From an uncultured archaeon (GTDB taxonomy: Archaea; Asgardarchaeota; Lokiarchaeia; Sigyniarchaeales; SOKP01): a stretch of DNA of 39,123 nucleotides. Positions 1 to 10,334 of the stretch are shown here, piece after piece. Positions within the stretch are counted from its first letter, which is position 1. Each line of letters begins with the position of its first letter. Under the pieces are notes generated by a model. It was not told the origin of the DNA. It saw only the letters and a program-made list of their open reading frames with translations, and made no database searches. The position numbers and the translations under genes were made by a program. The stretch covers positions 1 to 39,123 of the forward strand of contig CAZBPC010000015.1 of the NCBI GenBank assembly GCA_964493715.1, given 5' to 3'.

Positions 1-2
1 TT

Positions 3-1169
3 TTTTCTTCTGGTCTAAATGATGGAGCATCCAGATTATGCAAAGCTAACATGAATTATGGTTTGGCCCAACTGCAAGTCATCCAAGAAAAATATGGGTT
101 TGACCCCAAAGCAACTTTTATTTCTTCCCCAGATGAAACTATTTCGCGGAATAATTTCAGATGGAACTCAGGTTTGGGATATGGAGGAAGAATAAACTGG
201 GGAGATGGAAAAGAAAAACTCATATTTTTAAACATGAAACCGAATTGTTGCGGAATTTTAGTAGGTGGGTTAAATCAACTTCCTGATCCTTTTGACATTA
301 TTAAAGAAATTGATAAAATTAAATCAATGGAATTATATCACGAGAATATTCTTATCAATTGGGATTATGGAGTAAGTAATCATTTTATTAATTGTTTTGA
401 ATTGAAAAATTTATCGGATCTTAATTTACCACCTTATGTATTCTTAATACACGGTTCTGCTCCTGAGTTTCGAAATGATTTATATGGCATTGGTTTGTAT
501 GTGGATCAATCCACTATTCTTAAACAAACGGCAATTGAAGAAACAACACCATTTGGAATGCAATATATACTTACTGACTCCGAAGCAGAGGAATACTTGA
601 AATTTCATATGAAAGCATTAAAATTTTCAAGTATCAAAAGAGAGCTGATCGCAAAATTGATTTTTGGAAATGATATTAATGTTATTTGTAATCAACCTCA
701 CCAATTCTTAAAAGATTTCAATAACATGTATTTAGGTTGCTGTTGCACTGATACTTCTTGCGAGCTTGTTGAAAATGATATTTTTCCTACGGTTTTAAGA
801 GCAGATATTGCTTGTTATTTGTTTCGAGGGAAACCAAATCTTTCAGAAAAAGTAATAAAAACTTTTAAATTTAAGGAAAATGCGGAAAAATTTGGTTTGA
901 TGGATCTATTAAAGCACGCGAATATTTTAGCACATGGTGGAGGTTATTCCTTCCCAGATATTAAAGGTGTACAAAAAGTATTAGAATATAAGGATCAAAG
1001 ATATTTTGTTTGTGAATTAAGAGAAGATTCAAGTAAACTTAAAATTGTTCGGAATGTTAAAGAGTTACAATTTGAATATAGGGGAAGAGATGTGATTTTG
1101 AAATCGCTCCAATTGGATCTTGGGAATATCATAGCAAGGTTAAATCCGATATTTTCACTCAAGTTATAG
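3..1169 (+). CDS. Divergent RtcB-like (RNA ligase fold) protein, 5'-partial; frame is open to the window edge
   Basis: No stop from base 3 to the ATG at 51 (FSSGLNDGASRLCKAN-M). RtcB-like motifs in order: SSPD, GYGG, PNCCG, GVSNHF, LIHGS, QPHQ, LAHGGG, C-terminal ARLNPIFSLK. Confidence 0.72.
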   Translation, partial: FSSGLNDGASRLCKANMNYGLAQLQVIQEKYGFDPKATFISSPDETISRNNFRWNSGLGYGGRINWGDGKEKLIFLNMKPNCCGILVGGLNQLPDPFDIIKEIDKIKSMELYHENILINWDYGVSNHFINCFELKNLSDLNLPPYVFLIHGSAPEFRNDLYGIGLYVDQSTILKQTAIEETTPFGMQYILTDSEAEEYLKFHMKALKFSSIKRELIAKLIFGNDINVICNQPHQFLKDFNNMYLGCCCTDTSCELVENDIFPTVLRADIACYLFRGKPNLSEKVIKTFKFKENAEKFGLMDLLKHANILAHGGGYSFPDIKGVQKVLEYKDQRYFVCELREDSSKLKIVRNVKELQFEYRGRDVILKSLQLDLGNIIARLNPIFSLKL

Positions 1170-1170
1170 A

Positions 1171-3216
1171 TTATTCAATTTTTGCTCCAGGAGAAATTTT
1201 TTTATCTGGAGTTAATACTGAAACAATTTCTCCATCAACTGCAGCAAGAAGCATTCCTTGACTTTCAATTCCTCGTAATGTCCTTGGTTTTAAGTTCGCT
1301 AATATCACAATTTTTTTCCCTTTTAATTCTTCAATTTTGTAATGTTCTGCTAATCCAGCAACTAATGTTCTTTTTTCGTCACCCAAATCAATAAATAGTT
1401 TGTAAAGTTTATCTACTTTGGGTACTTTTTCAATTTCTTCTATTAATGCTACCCTTATGTCTAATTTCTTAAAATCTTCATAGGAAACCAATTCACGACC
1501 ACCTTTTTCTTTTTTTTCTTTTAGAGTTTTAAGCTTTTCTTGGAGTTCTTTAATGTCTAATTTTTGAAACAATGGTTCAGGCTTTTTTATTTTATGACCT
1601 GCTTTAATTGCGTTGTTCTTAATATCTTGCCATTTTATATTTGAATCAATATTTAGATATGATAAAATTTGCATACTTGTGCCAGGAATGAAAGGATTTA
1701 ATAATATTGCAAAAGCATGAACTGCTTGAGCACATACATTGAAAACATGACCAGCTTTGACTTTGTCGTCTTTAATTAAATGCCAAGGTGCCTTAGTATT
1801 TAAATATATATTACATTCTTTTCCAAAACTTACAATATCTCTTATAGATTTCCTAATTTTAAAATTCATCATATTTTCTTCAGTTGATGTTCCCATCTGT
1901 TCAATTAGGTCTAAAAATTTTTCATCTATCTCATCATTCTTAGATCTAGCTGGAATTTCACTCTTAAATTGTTTTTCGATGAATGTTAAGGTTCTGTGAA
2001 TGAAGTTTCCTATATTATCATTCAAGGCTTTAATATTATTATCAAATTCGATCCATAAAAATGATGTATCACTTGTTTCGGGTCGATTATATAGTAGTGA
2101 AAAACGCCAATAATCCACGGGAGCAAGTTCTAAAGCATCATCAATCCAAATCCCTACACCTCTTGATTTAGAGAATTTAGTATTCTCATACATTAACCAT
2201 TCTGTCGAAGATACATTATAAGGCAAGACAAATTTATCTTCTTCAGCTTTATCCTTGTTATAACCTATAAGTAATCCCGGAAATATAATTAAATGAAATA
2301 TAATATTATCTTTCCCAATGAAGAACACCGTGCGTGTATTTTTATCTTTCCAAAAATAATCGAATTTTTCTGGTTTTTTGATGATATTATTAGCCCACTC
2401 CAACAAAGCACTTACATAACCTAAAACAGCTTCAAACCAAACGTAGATAGTTTTATTTTCTGCTCCTTCAAATTTCGCAGGAATGCCCCATTCTAAATCT
2501 CTGGTGATAGCACGTTCAGGAATTCCCTCTGAAATGCTATTTAAACACATTTGGCGAGCATTTTGAGGGATTAGTTCATTATTATCAATAAATTCTGCTA
2601 TCATATTCTGCATTTTTGGAAAATCGAAATACCAATGCTTTGTCGTTTTAATTAATGGAGGATCACCACAAATCGCACATCTTGGTTTTTTTAATTCCAA
2701 GGGCGTTAATAATTTCTGACAGTTATCACATTGGTCTCCTCTCGCATCTTCAAATGCACAATGAGGACACATGCCTTCCACAAATCTATCCGGAAGAAAT
2801 AATTCATCTTTTTCGCAATAAAAAGACTCAATTTCTTTTTCAAAGATATATCCATTTTTTTGTACATCAAGATAGAATTTCTGGACAAACTCAATATGAG
2901 TTGGATTATGAGTAATAGTATAATTATCATATGATAAATTCCATTTTTTGTATAGATCTTTTATAATTTTATGATTTTTAAACGCCAAATCTTTCGTGGA
3001 TACACCAAGCTTTTTAGCCTCAATTGCAACTGGGGTACCGTGAGAATCAGATCCCGATACAAACACAACATCATCCCCTCTTAATCTTAAAAACCTAGCA
3101 AATACATCTGCTGATAATGTGCTTCCTATCATATTCCCTAAATGAGGAATTGCGTTCACATAAGGCCAAGCACTTGTAATTACCCATTTTGCTTTTTTCA
3201 TATCTGAAAAGTTCAA
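1171..3216 (-). CDS. metG: Methionine--tRNA ligase with C-terminal tRNA-binding domain
   Basis: PYVNAIPHLGN (HIGH), KFSKS (KMSKS), Cys knuckles (CPHC, CDNC, CAIC), YVWFEA, C-terminal ANLKPR..GIESQGMLLAA domain. Start is TTG at 3216 (GGAGG just upstream) or ATG at 3201. Confidence 0.97.
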   Translation of the reverse strand: MNFSDMKKAKWVITSAWPYVNAIPHLGNMIGSTLSADVFARFLRLRGDDVVFVSGSDSHGTPVAIEAKKLGVSTKDLAFKNHKIIKDLYKKWNLSYDNYTITHNPTHIEFVQKFYLDVQKNGYIFEKEIESFYCEKDELFLPDRFVEGMCPHCAFEDARGDQCDNCQKLLTPLELKKPRCAICGDPPLIKTTKHWYFDFPKMQNMIAEFIDNNELIPQNARQMCLNSISEGIPERAITRDLEWGIPAKFEGAENKTIYVWFEAVLGYVSALLEWANNIIKKPEKFDYFWKDKNTRTVFFIGKDNIIFHLIIFPGLLIGYNKDKAEEDKFVLPYNVSSTEWLMYENTKFSKSRGVGIWIDDALELAPVDYWRFSLLYNRPETSDTSFLWIEFDNNIKALNDNIGNFIHRTLTFIEKQFKSEIPARSKNDEIDEKFLDLIEQMGTSTEENMMNFKIRKSIRDIVSFGKECNIYLNTKAPWHLIKDDKVKAGHVFNVCAQAVHAFAILLNPFIPGTSMQILSYLNIDSNIKWQDIKNNAIKAGHKIKKPEPLFQKLDIKELQEKLKTLKEKKEKGGRELVSYEDFKKLDIRVALIEEIEKVPKVDKLYKLFIDLGDEKRTLVAGLAEHYKIEELKGKKIVILANLKPRTLRGIESQGMLLAAVDGEIVSVLTPDKKISPGAKIE

Positions 3217-3321
3217 AACCTCCTTTAATACATTAAATAATAAATGAAAACTTTCTAAAAAAAGTTGGTCGTTTTGAAGTTCAATTAGAATGGTTTTAAA
3301 TATGTGATAATTATAAAAAAA

Positions 3322-4500
3322 TTATGAAAACGTAATTTTTGCACCGCAATTTCTACACGCATGTATCTCATTATTCATCTTTTCTAAACAAGGTTCATGG
3401 TAATAGCTCTTACACTTCTCGCATTGATAGACATTATAATCACCTAAAAAAATACTATAACAATAGTTACAAGAAAGGTTTATCTCAAGAATATTTTCCT
3501 CATTTATTTTTATCATGTGTGTGGATTTAGCATCATCTTGTGATAAAAGTTTGATTTTTGGCTCATCTTCAGAATTTTCTTTAATCAATTTAGTTGCATA
3601 TGCGGGAAGTTCAAGTAAGAAATAACAAAATGGACACCTAAAAACACTTTCAGAATATTCCGTTTTCTTAGCCCACATTGTAGCACATGATATGTGCATT
3701 GGACGATCACATGAAGGACAATATCTGCCTTCAGAATAAAAATCAGCATTAGTCATCGGTGCTTTTATAGAATGACATATTTGACACTTCTCTTGACCCG
3801 AACCGTTTGTATTCATCATTAGGCGAATATCTAAGATTGATGGTCTTCTTAATGGTAATGCTATATCACTCACCAATGGTGCGATTTCTTCTTGTTTATT
3901 AGGAGCAAAATAATCAGTAGTAGATCTACTGGGCTTTTTTGAAGCAAAAGACCTTCCAGCATTTAATATTGCTTTAGAATTATTAAAAAAGCCATATTCA
4001 CCTCCAGTTTCTCTGGAAATTTTTTTAAAAACGTTATCTGCATTGATTTCTTCTGTTCCCAACTGAAAAGTATCAATAAAAATCCCTAATCCCGTTGCGA
4101 TAGATACTAATTTTTGAAGTTTATTATCCAATTTTAATCTACTATCGGAAATTATAAAAATTCGATACGTTTTTCCTCCTATTTTGCGCATCTCTTCTAC
4201 TAGTAATTGCAATGCAAAAGCTATTCCGTCATGTAATTGACCATTTCCACTAATTTGAACTTTTTTAAGAGAATTTATGAGTTTATCTTCCTCATAAGTT
4301 AAAGAACTTAATTTCCTAATTGCATCCCCAAAGGTAAGTATCGCGATTCTATCTTTTGGATCAATTATAAATTTTGTATGAATAAAATTATTAACTGCAT
4401 TTAAAGCCAATGTTAATCGATTTGGTTTAAAATCTTTTCGAACCATTGATCGTGAAACATCGATAAGAATTACGGTATCCTCTGTCTTAATGTGCTGCAA
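3322..4500 (-). CDS. vWA domain + two C4HC3 RING/PHD-like Zn fingers; TFIIH p44/Ssl1-like (vWA also Rpn10-like)
   Basis: MIDAS DVSRS, DFKPNRL, RETGGEY. Finger 1: C239,C242,C261,C264,H269,C272,C289,C292 with W276. Finger 2: C344,C347,C360,C363,H368,C371,C382,C385. Confidence 0.8.
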   Translation of the reverse strand: MQHIKTEDTVILIDVSRSMVRKDFKPNRLTLALNAVNNFIHTKFIIDPKDRIAILTFGDAIRKLSSLTYEEDKLINSLKKVQISGNGQLHDGIAFALQLLVEEMRKIGGKTYRIFIISDSRLKLDNKLQKLVSIATGLGIFIDTFQLGTEEINADNVFKKISRETGGEYGFFNNSKAILNAGRSFASKKPSRSTTDYFAPNKQEEIAPLVSDIALPLRRPSILDIRLMMNTNGSGQEKCQICHSIKAPMTNADFYSEGRYCPSCDRPMHISCATMWAKKTEYSESVFRCPFCYFLLELPAYATKLIKENSEDEPKIKLLSQDDAKSTHMIKINEENILEINLSCNYCYSIFLGDYNVYQCEKCKSYYHEPCLEKMNNEIHACRNCGAKITFS

Positions 4501-4596
4501 TGTCGATTGAGTATAATTAATTGAAATTTAAACTATTAAAAAAAATAAGATCTTAAATAAATTTTCATTTTATTTTGATTTTTTTAATCTTTAATT

Positions 4597-5955
4597 TTAT
4601 TTTTTTAGATAATTATAAGCAAAAAGAGTATAAACCTTAACAGCTTTCAGAAAATCCTCAATTTCAATATACTCATCGACTGCATGAGCTGTTCCAGCAC
4701 TTCCTGGACCAAACAAGATAGTTTGAGGACAATAACCATCATTTCTGAGGTAATGAGCATCGGCTGAAGCGGGTAATAAGAGGTAAAATGGTTTTTTCTC
4801 ATAAATCTTTTCCACTATATCATGAAATTCTTCTAAAGCTTGAGAGTCTTCCCATTCATTCCAATAAGATCCTTCTGATGCATCTGATATCCCTAGGTAA
4901 ATGTAAATTTCTTCTGGATTTCCCGATAAATTATCCCTTACTTTATATCCTAACTCTTTTTCAATTAAATTCTTAAAACCATCTTTAATTGACTCAATCT
5001 CTTGGCCTGGTAATAATCGGATGTCAATAATAGCTTCACATGTATCAGGAACAACATTTCCTTTAATGCCGGCATTGATCATTGTTAGTGAATAACTAAA
5101 CTGAACCAATGATTGAAGTAAGCTACTTAATTGAGGTTGCTCACCCAGGATGCGTTCATAAATTTCAGTACTTGGAAAAGCTGATGCTACTAGTTCATTT
5201 AATTTTTTTAAAGGAATGGGTGGCTTAAAATCGGGAATATATCGGTTCAGATTCTTTAATTTTTCAATTAATTCACTCATCATATAAATAGCATTTTTTC
5301 CCATAGTTGGCATGGAAGCATGGCACGATTTCCCTTTAGTAATAACTTTAACATACAGATGACCCTTTTCACCAAGTAGAATAGCTTTTGGGAGAGGATT
5401 TAATCCTGTTGGTTCACCGATAATTGCAAAAGTCGGTTTAATTGATTGAAAAACGTTTTCAAGGCACCATTTCGTTCCAAGTATGCCCCCAGTTTCCTCG
5501 TCTGCTACTGCATTTAATATCAAATTTCCTGATAACTCAATATCAAATGATTTTAAAATTTTCAAAGCTATTACCATGGCAGCTAATCCCCCTTTCATAT
5601 CTGCTGTCCCTCTCCCATACATGTACTTTTTTCTTTTTAAAAATGCGCTTAAAGGTTTATTTGTCCATTCTGATTCATCACCAGGTGGTACTACATCCAT
5701 ATGACCATTAAATAACAGAATCTTACCCTTATTATCTTTATTTAGAAATGCAATCAAATTTGCTCGATTATCATCAAACGGAAATAATTGATTCTCAATG
5801 CCAAAAGCATTCAAATATTCTTCAATCAATAATCCGACACTTAATTCATTCCCGGGAGGATTGTATGATTCTGCTTGAGCAATTTTACGCAAGAAATCAA
5901 CGTATTGTTCTCTATTAGTATTTATGTCATTAATAATTCGTTCCTCAATCATCAT
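4597..5955 (-). CDS. M20 family metallopeptidase (ArgE/DapE-like deacylase)
   Basis: NGHMDVVP, GRGTADMKGG, DEETGG, GEPT, NVVPD, AHAVDE motifs. Confidence 0.93.
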   Translation of the reverse strand: MMIEERIINDINTNREQYVDFLRKIAQAESYNPPGNELSVGLLIEEYLNAFGIENQLFPFDDNRANLIAFLNKDNKGKILLFNGHMDVVPPGDESEWTNKPLSAFLKRKKYMYGRGTADMKGGLAAMVIALKILKSFDIELSGNLILNAVADEETGGILGTKWCLENVFQSIKPTFAIIGEPTGLNPLPKAILLGEKGHLYVKVITKGKSCHASMPTMGKNAIYMMSELIEKLKNLNRYIPDFKPPIPLKKLNELVASAFPSTEIYERILGEQPQLSSLLQSLVQFSYSLTMINAGIKGNVVPDTCEAIIDIRLLPGQEIESIKDGFKNLIEKELGYKVRDNLSGNPEEIYIYLGISDASEGSYWNEWEDSQALEEFHDIVEKIYEKKPFYLLLPASADAHYLRNDGYCPQTILFGPGSAGTAHAVDEYIEIEDFLKAVKVYTLFAYNYLKK

Positions 5956-6119
5956 AATAGCAAAACAAAGAAATATTTATTTAAGTCTAATGAATGAACT
6001 GATAGTTTATAATATTTTGTCATGTTGTATTCTATCTAATAAATTTAAAATAAATTGCGAAATTTTTTTATTTTTATATTATTTTAATACTAAAAAATTG
6101 AATAATTCGGTTGTGTTTT

Positions 6120-9100
6120 ATGAATCGACGAAAAAAAGAAATTAAACAGATTTTTATCGTGAGTATTTTTGTCATATCCATTTTTTTAACAAATACTCAA
6201 ATATTTAATAGAGTTAACTTAGCTGAAATTAATGATAATGGTCAAATTATTGATGATAATGAAATAATGAGCTTATCACCAAGCTCCAATCCATACTTGA
6301 GTGATTATTACCTTACAGGATCGGGAGATAATCAAGATGTTCGAATTTATGTTACAAATACTTCTTCCTTAATTAATAATCAAAAGCACTTCGACATTCC
6401 CTCTATGTCAAATTCAATTGATTCTTATTTATCATATGGAGATTTTAACTTCACATTTCAAAATAATTTTACGACTGATTATGTTTTAGAGGATAATAGT
6501 GCTTTAGAAGCAACAAATTTCATAGAATTTGATATGAATAGAAATCCAGGATATTCCGAATTGACTTTAAACCAAGGTAGTAATTCCACAAATTTAAATT
6601 TAGATTTATTAGATGATAATTTAGATTCAACATACACGAGGTTGGACGGAGATAATGGTATAATTAATTTAACTTTGACCGCAGATTTTTCAGACACGAG
6701 TTTTCAATCCACAAGTCCCAACATTAACATAGATTTCAATAGATCCGTGATCCTAGGATTCATTTTATCACTCAGACTTGAATCCAGTAGGAATGCAAGC
6801 ATGATCATTAAAATGAAGGATAGTATTGGATCGGGATGGATAGATGTTACTCATTCAATATTTTTAAATGCCAATTTGAATATTCATGATATTGAAAACC
6901 GTATTATTAATGAAAACCTCAAATACATTGATTTAACAAATAAAAATGAGGTCCAATTTTATATTTCAAGAGGGGATACACAAGCTTATAATGTTACAAT
7001 CTTTGAACTTGGAGAAGTTTCCACTTATGCTTTTGATATTCCAATTACGAATAAAAATCAAGTAGCGCTCGAATTTGACTTGAAAGGAGAAAATTCTACT
7101 GTAAATGGATTTTATGCTTGGATTAGAACTTTAAATTTAACTAAAGCAGTATCTTCCGAATTAAATATCACATTATATAAAGCCAACACTACCGTCTCAA
7201 GAACTCAAAATAATCTTTTTAGAAATACTATGAAACCAGACTATGCTGAACAAATAGATTCCTTCACTTTAGATTATGCATCGTATCACGGCGATAACTT
7301 GACTTACTTTGGATTCAACTTACCCAATACAGCAAACATGATTCTTTACAATTACTTCATTGTAATTAAATCAAACAATTCAAATTTGGTCTATAGCTTG
7401 GTAACTCTACCTCGAGAGACTTTTGGAGATCCTGATACGACCCTTGAACATCAATTAAAAATGAGCTCTGATAATGGTACCTCTTGGATTAATGCGAGAA
7501 AATACGTGGATGTAACATATACTTCAGAATCATTAGATGCCAGCTCATTTAAATTAAACGTAACTAGGGGCTACATGCCTTCAGATTTTATGATGTCCGA
7601 AGACGATAAATTGAACATACAAGATATTCCAATCGAGAATCAAGTTTTCAGTACTGGCATATATGCTACAAGTTCCTCATTAACATGGGGAAAAGGGAGA
7701 TGGAATAGCAATTTTAACCCCGATATTGCTAGTAATCCCCAACATGATTACCAAATTGGTTTAAATTGGAATAATAGCATAATTAAAGGATTTCAATTTG
7801 ATGTCACATATAATGCTAAAGCTTTTTGGGTAGATCCTGCAACTACTTCCTATAACGTAAGTTATGATACGATACCCCATTGGAAATTTGAGTATACTTT
7901 TAATGCTAATCATGTTAATTTTGATCAATGGGATTTTCTTGAATTTTGGTTTGTCTATCCTAATTATTTCGATGCAACAAACCTTACTAATCCAAGTTCA
8001 ATAGATATTTATAATAATACCGAATCAGTCCTTGAAGATTTAACGAATTATGATAAAACAAACGTATCTCTAACAAATGCTATTACTGGACTTTATACCT
8101 TAGATCTTATCTCTCCAAATGCCATTTATGATATGCATAGTTATATTGATTATTCGGGGATAGCATGGGAAACAAATGGATTCATGTATGGTGATTCAAT
8201 TACTGCCCGATTGGACATTCAAGGTGCGAATGGCGATGCACCAACAAATGGAATGGCTAGTGCTGTTTTGTTTTACCCAAGTAATAGCTCAAAATATCCC
8301 GTTCCTCAAAGAGATGATAGTTCGGGTGTAAAAGAAGGGAAAGTTTTGATATATGATTTCGATAATGTCACTATTTTGGACGTCAATACATCTGTACCTT
8401 TGCTTGGTAAATATTATCTTGGATTTTTTTGGTCAAATGGTTCTGCGATTGGATGTAAGAAGTTAACCTTATACATAGATACTTATAATGTTTACTTACA
8501 AGACTTCTTTTTTGAACCTCGTCTTGAAAAGAACGTTCTAAGTGGAATTGTAGATAAGGTTTATGATAATTACTCCATTTTAATTGCTACTGTTAATGAA
8601 ACCACTGGTCAGAATTTGTCTAATTTTTACGCAGTAAATCAATCTGATATTGATCAAGAATATAATCTTGATATAAGCGGTGAAAAAATCCCAATATTAC
8701 TCAAATCATTTCTACAAAATGAAACTATTCTGAATCCTGCTGAAAAGATTAAATTTAGTATGACTCTTCAAAATTTGGATGAATTAATCGATTTAGACGT
8801 AAAGATAAATGTAAAATTAGTAGCTTTATGTAATGAGGAATGGATAATTGATGAAGTAACTTCGCCTGTAGAAACTCTGAAATTAAAAGGAGACCCCTCT
8901 GGAGGAGATAGTCAAGTGTTTACTGTAGAACTTGAAATTCCCGATTTTGAAGTAGATGGAACGTGGTATGGTCTAAATGCTCCAATGAGAAAAGGTGGTG
9001 CAGAAACCATAACCGATATATACATTGGTGACACTCTAGTAGGAACGTATAAAAGTAACGATTATTCTCTTTTAGTCAATGACACCGAAGATGTATTCGA

Positions 9101-10271
9101 AGGATATATTATTGCTCTGAAATATGATCAAGAAATAACAGGAGCTTCAATATTAAAGCCTTTTGAAAGAGATGAATGTACTTACATTCCAGATTCAACT
9201 AAATTTATTGTAAATATTTATGATGACAATTTCATGAGTAGTTATCGCCAAATTAATGCCTCATTTGATATATACATGAAAAGTGAATTCAGAAATGTAC
9301 TTGTAACACCAGAGAACCCAATTCGAGGAAATATTCTGAATATAAGTTCAACCTTAACTACTGAGTTTGGAACCGAATTAGCAAATAAAAATGTTACTTG
9401 TCAATATGATGATACTGGTGAATGGATTAACATTACTTCACAACTAACAGATGTTAATGGTTCGACATTATTTGAAATTGATACTTTAGACCTTAACCAC
9501 GAAGAAACGCTATTATTCCGTCTTATCTGGTCTGGGGATCAATACCTCCTGAATGTACCATACAATATATCCGTGGATTTATTACAGGATGTTATTAATG
9601 TTTCAATTTCACTCCAAGGGGACCAGATTCAAATTTATCGAAATACAAAAGCTACTTTTATCATAAGCTTAGAGAATTTAGGGTCATATGATGTCAAAAT
9701 TGCGAATATTACAATTGATGTAAATCCAAATTTACCAAATCAAATCATAGAGATAAATACCTTTTTACTCAATCAATTCTCTTCTGGGCATAAAACAACG
9801 ATTATCATTGAAGTTGATGTTTCTTCAATAACCCAATTTTCGGTATCTGTTTCAGCTGATGTACAGAATCTTTTAACAAAAGAAGTAGTTGCTATTCACG
9901 CTTCTGAATCATTTGCAACGTTTGAAAGATCCTTGTTAGATTACATCATGGATTATTTCATATTGATAATGTTTACAATATTTGGGCTTTTAGCACTGGT
10001 AACAATTTTGTATATCAAAAAGACTAAGAAATATATTGAAACCCCTATTGAAGAACCTTTAAAGAAAAAAACCCGTAGAGGAAAATATCTCAGTGTTTCA
10101 GAAATAACAACCAAAACTTTAGAAGCAGAGAAAGAACAAGATTTAAGTAAAGAAAAAGCAGACAAGAAAATTAGTAAGAAGAAAATGATAGAATCAGAAC
10201 CTGAAAAACCGAAATCTACCGATCTCGACTCCCTTCTTGAAGAAAAAGGTCTCAAAGACGACGATAAATAA
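6120..10271 (+). CDS. Large (~1380 aa) membrane-anchored cell-surface protein with Lys/Glu-rich cytoplasmic tail
   Basis: Basic N-terminus plus hydrophobic segment (MNRRKKEIKQIFIVSIFVISIFL), Asn/Thr/Ser-rich beta-type body with many N-x-S/T sequons, C-terminal TM (YFILIMFTIFGLLALVTILYI), charged tail. ATG 6120 preferred over TTG 6111. Confidence 0.8.
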   Translation: MNRRKKEIKQIFIVSIFVISIFLTNTQIFNRVNLAEINDNGQIIDDNEIMSLSPSSNPYLSDYYLTGSGDNQDVRIYVTNTSSLINNQKHFDIPSMSNSIDSYLSYGDFNFTFQNNFTTDYVLEDNSALEATNFIEFDMNRNPGYSELTLNQGSNSTNLNLDLLDDNLDSTYTRLDGDNGIINLTLTADFSDTSFQSTSPNINIDFNRSVILGFILSLRLESSRNASMIIKMKDSIGSGWIDVTHSIFLNANLNIHDIENRIINENLKYIDLTNKNEVQFYISRGDTQAYNVTIFELGEVSTYAFDIPITNKNQVALEFDLKGENSTVNGFYAWIRTLNLTKAVSSELNITLYKANTTVSRTQNNLFRNTMKPDYAEQIDSFTLDYASYHGDNLTYFGFNLPNTANMILYNYFIVIKSNNSNLVYSLVTLPRETFGDPDTTLEHQLKMSSDNGTSWINARKYVDVTYTSESLDASSFKLNVTRGYMPSDFMMSEDDKLNIQDIPIENQVFSTGIYATSSSLTWGKGRWNSNFNPDIASNPQHDYQIGLNWNNSIIKGFQFDVTYNAKAFWVDPATTSYNVSYDTIPHWKFEYTFNANHVNFDQWDFLEFWFVYPNYFDATNLTNPSSIDIYNNTESVLEDLTNYDKTNVSLTNAITGLYTLDLISPNAIYDMHSYIDYSGIAWETNGFMYGDSITARLDIQGANGDAPTNGMASAVLFYPSNSSKYPVPQRDDSSGVKEGKVLIYDFDNVTILDVNTSVPLLGKYYLGFFWSNGSAIGCKKLTLYIDTYNVYLQDFFFEPRLEKNVLSGIVDKVYDNYSILIATVNETTGQNLSNFYAVNQSDIDQEYNLDISGEKIPILLKSFLQNETILNPAEKIKFSMTLQNLDELIDLDVKINVKLVALCNEEWIIDEVTSPVETLKLKGDPSGGDSQVFTVELEIPDFEVDGTWYGLNAPMRKGGAETITDIYIGDTLVGTYKSNDYSLLVNDTEDVFEGYIIALKYDQEITGASILKPFERDECTYIPDSTKFIVNIYDDNFMSSYRQINASFDIYMKSEFRNVLVTPENPIRGNILNISSTLTTEFGTELANKNVTCQYDDTGEWINITSQLTDVNGSTLFEIDTLDLNHEETLLFRLIWSGDQYLLNVPYNISVDLLQDVINVSISLQGDQIQIYRNTKATFIISLENLGSYDVKIANITIDVNPNLPNQIIEINTFLLNQFSSGHKTTIIIEVDVSSITQFSVSVSADVQNLLTKEVVAIHASESFATFERSLLDYIMDYFILIMFTIFGLLALVTILYIKKTKKYIETPIEEPLKKKTRRGKYLSVSEITTKTLEAEKEQDLSKEKADKKISKKKMIESEPEKPKSTDLDSLLEEKGLKDDDK

Positions 10272-10334
10272 TTTTTTTTTAATTATTTTTTATAATATTT
10301 CAACACTTTATTTTAAAAAGAGAGGAAATAAAAA
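10272..10334. terminator. Probable T-rich terminators between convergent genes
   Basis: T-runs directly after the 10271 stop on + and A-runs before 10335 (T-runs on -). Confidence 0.45.
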
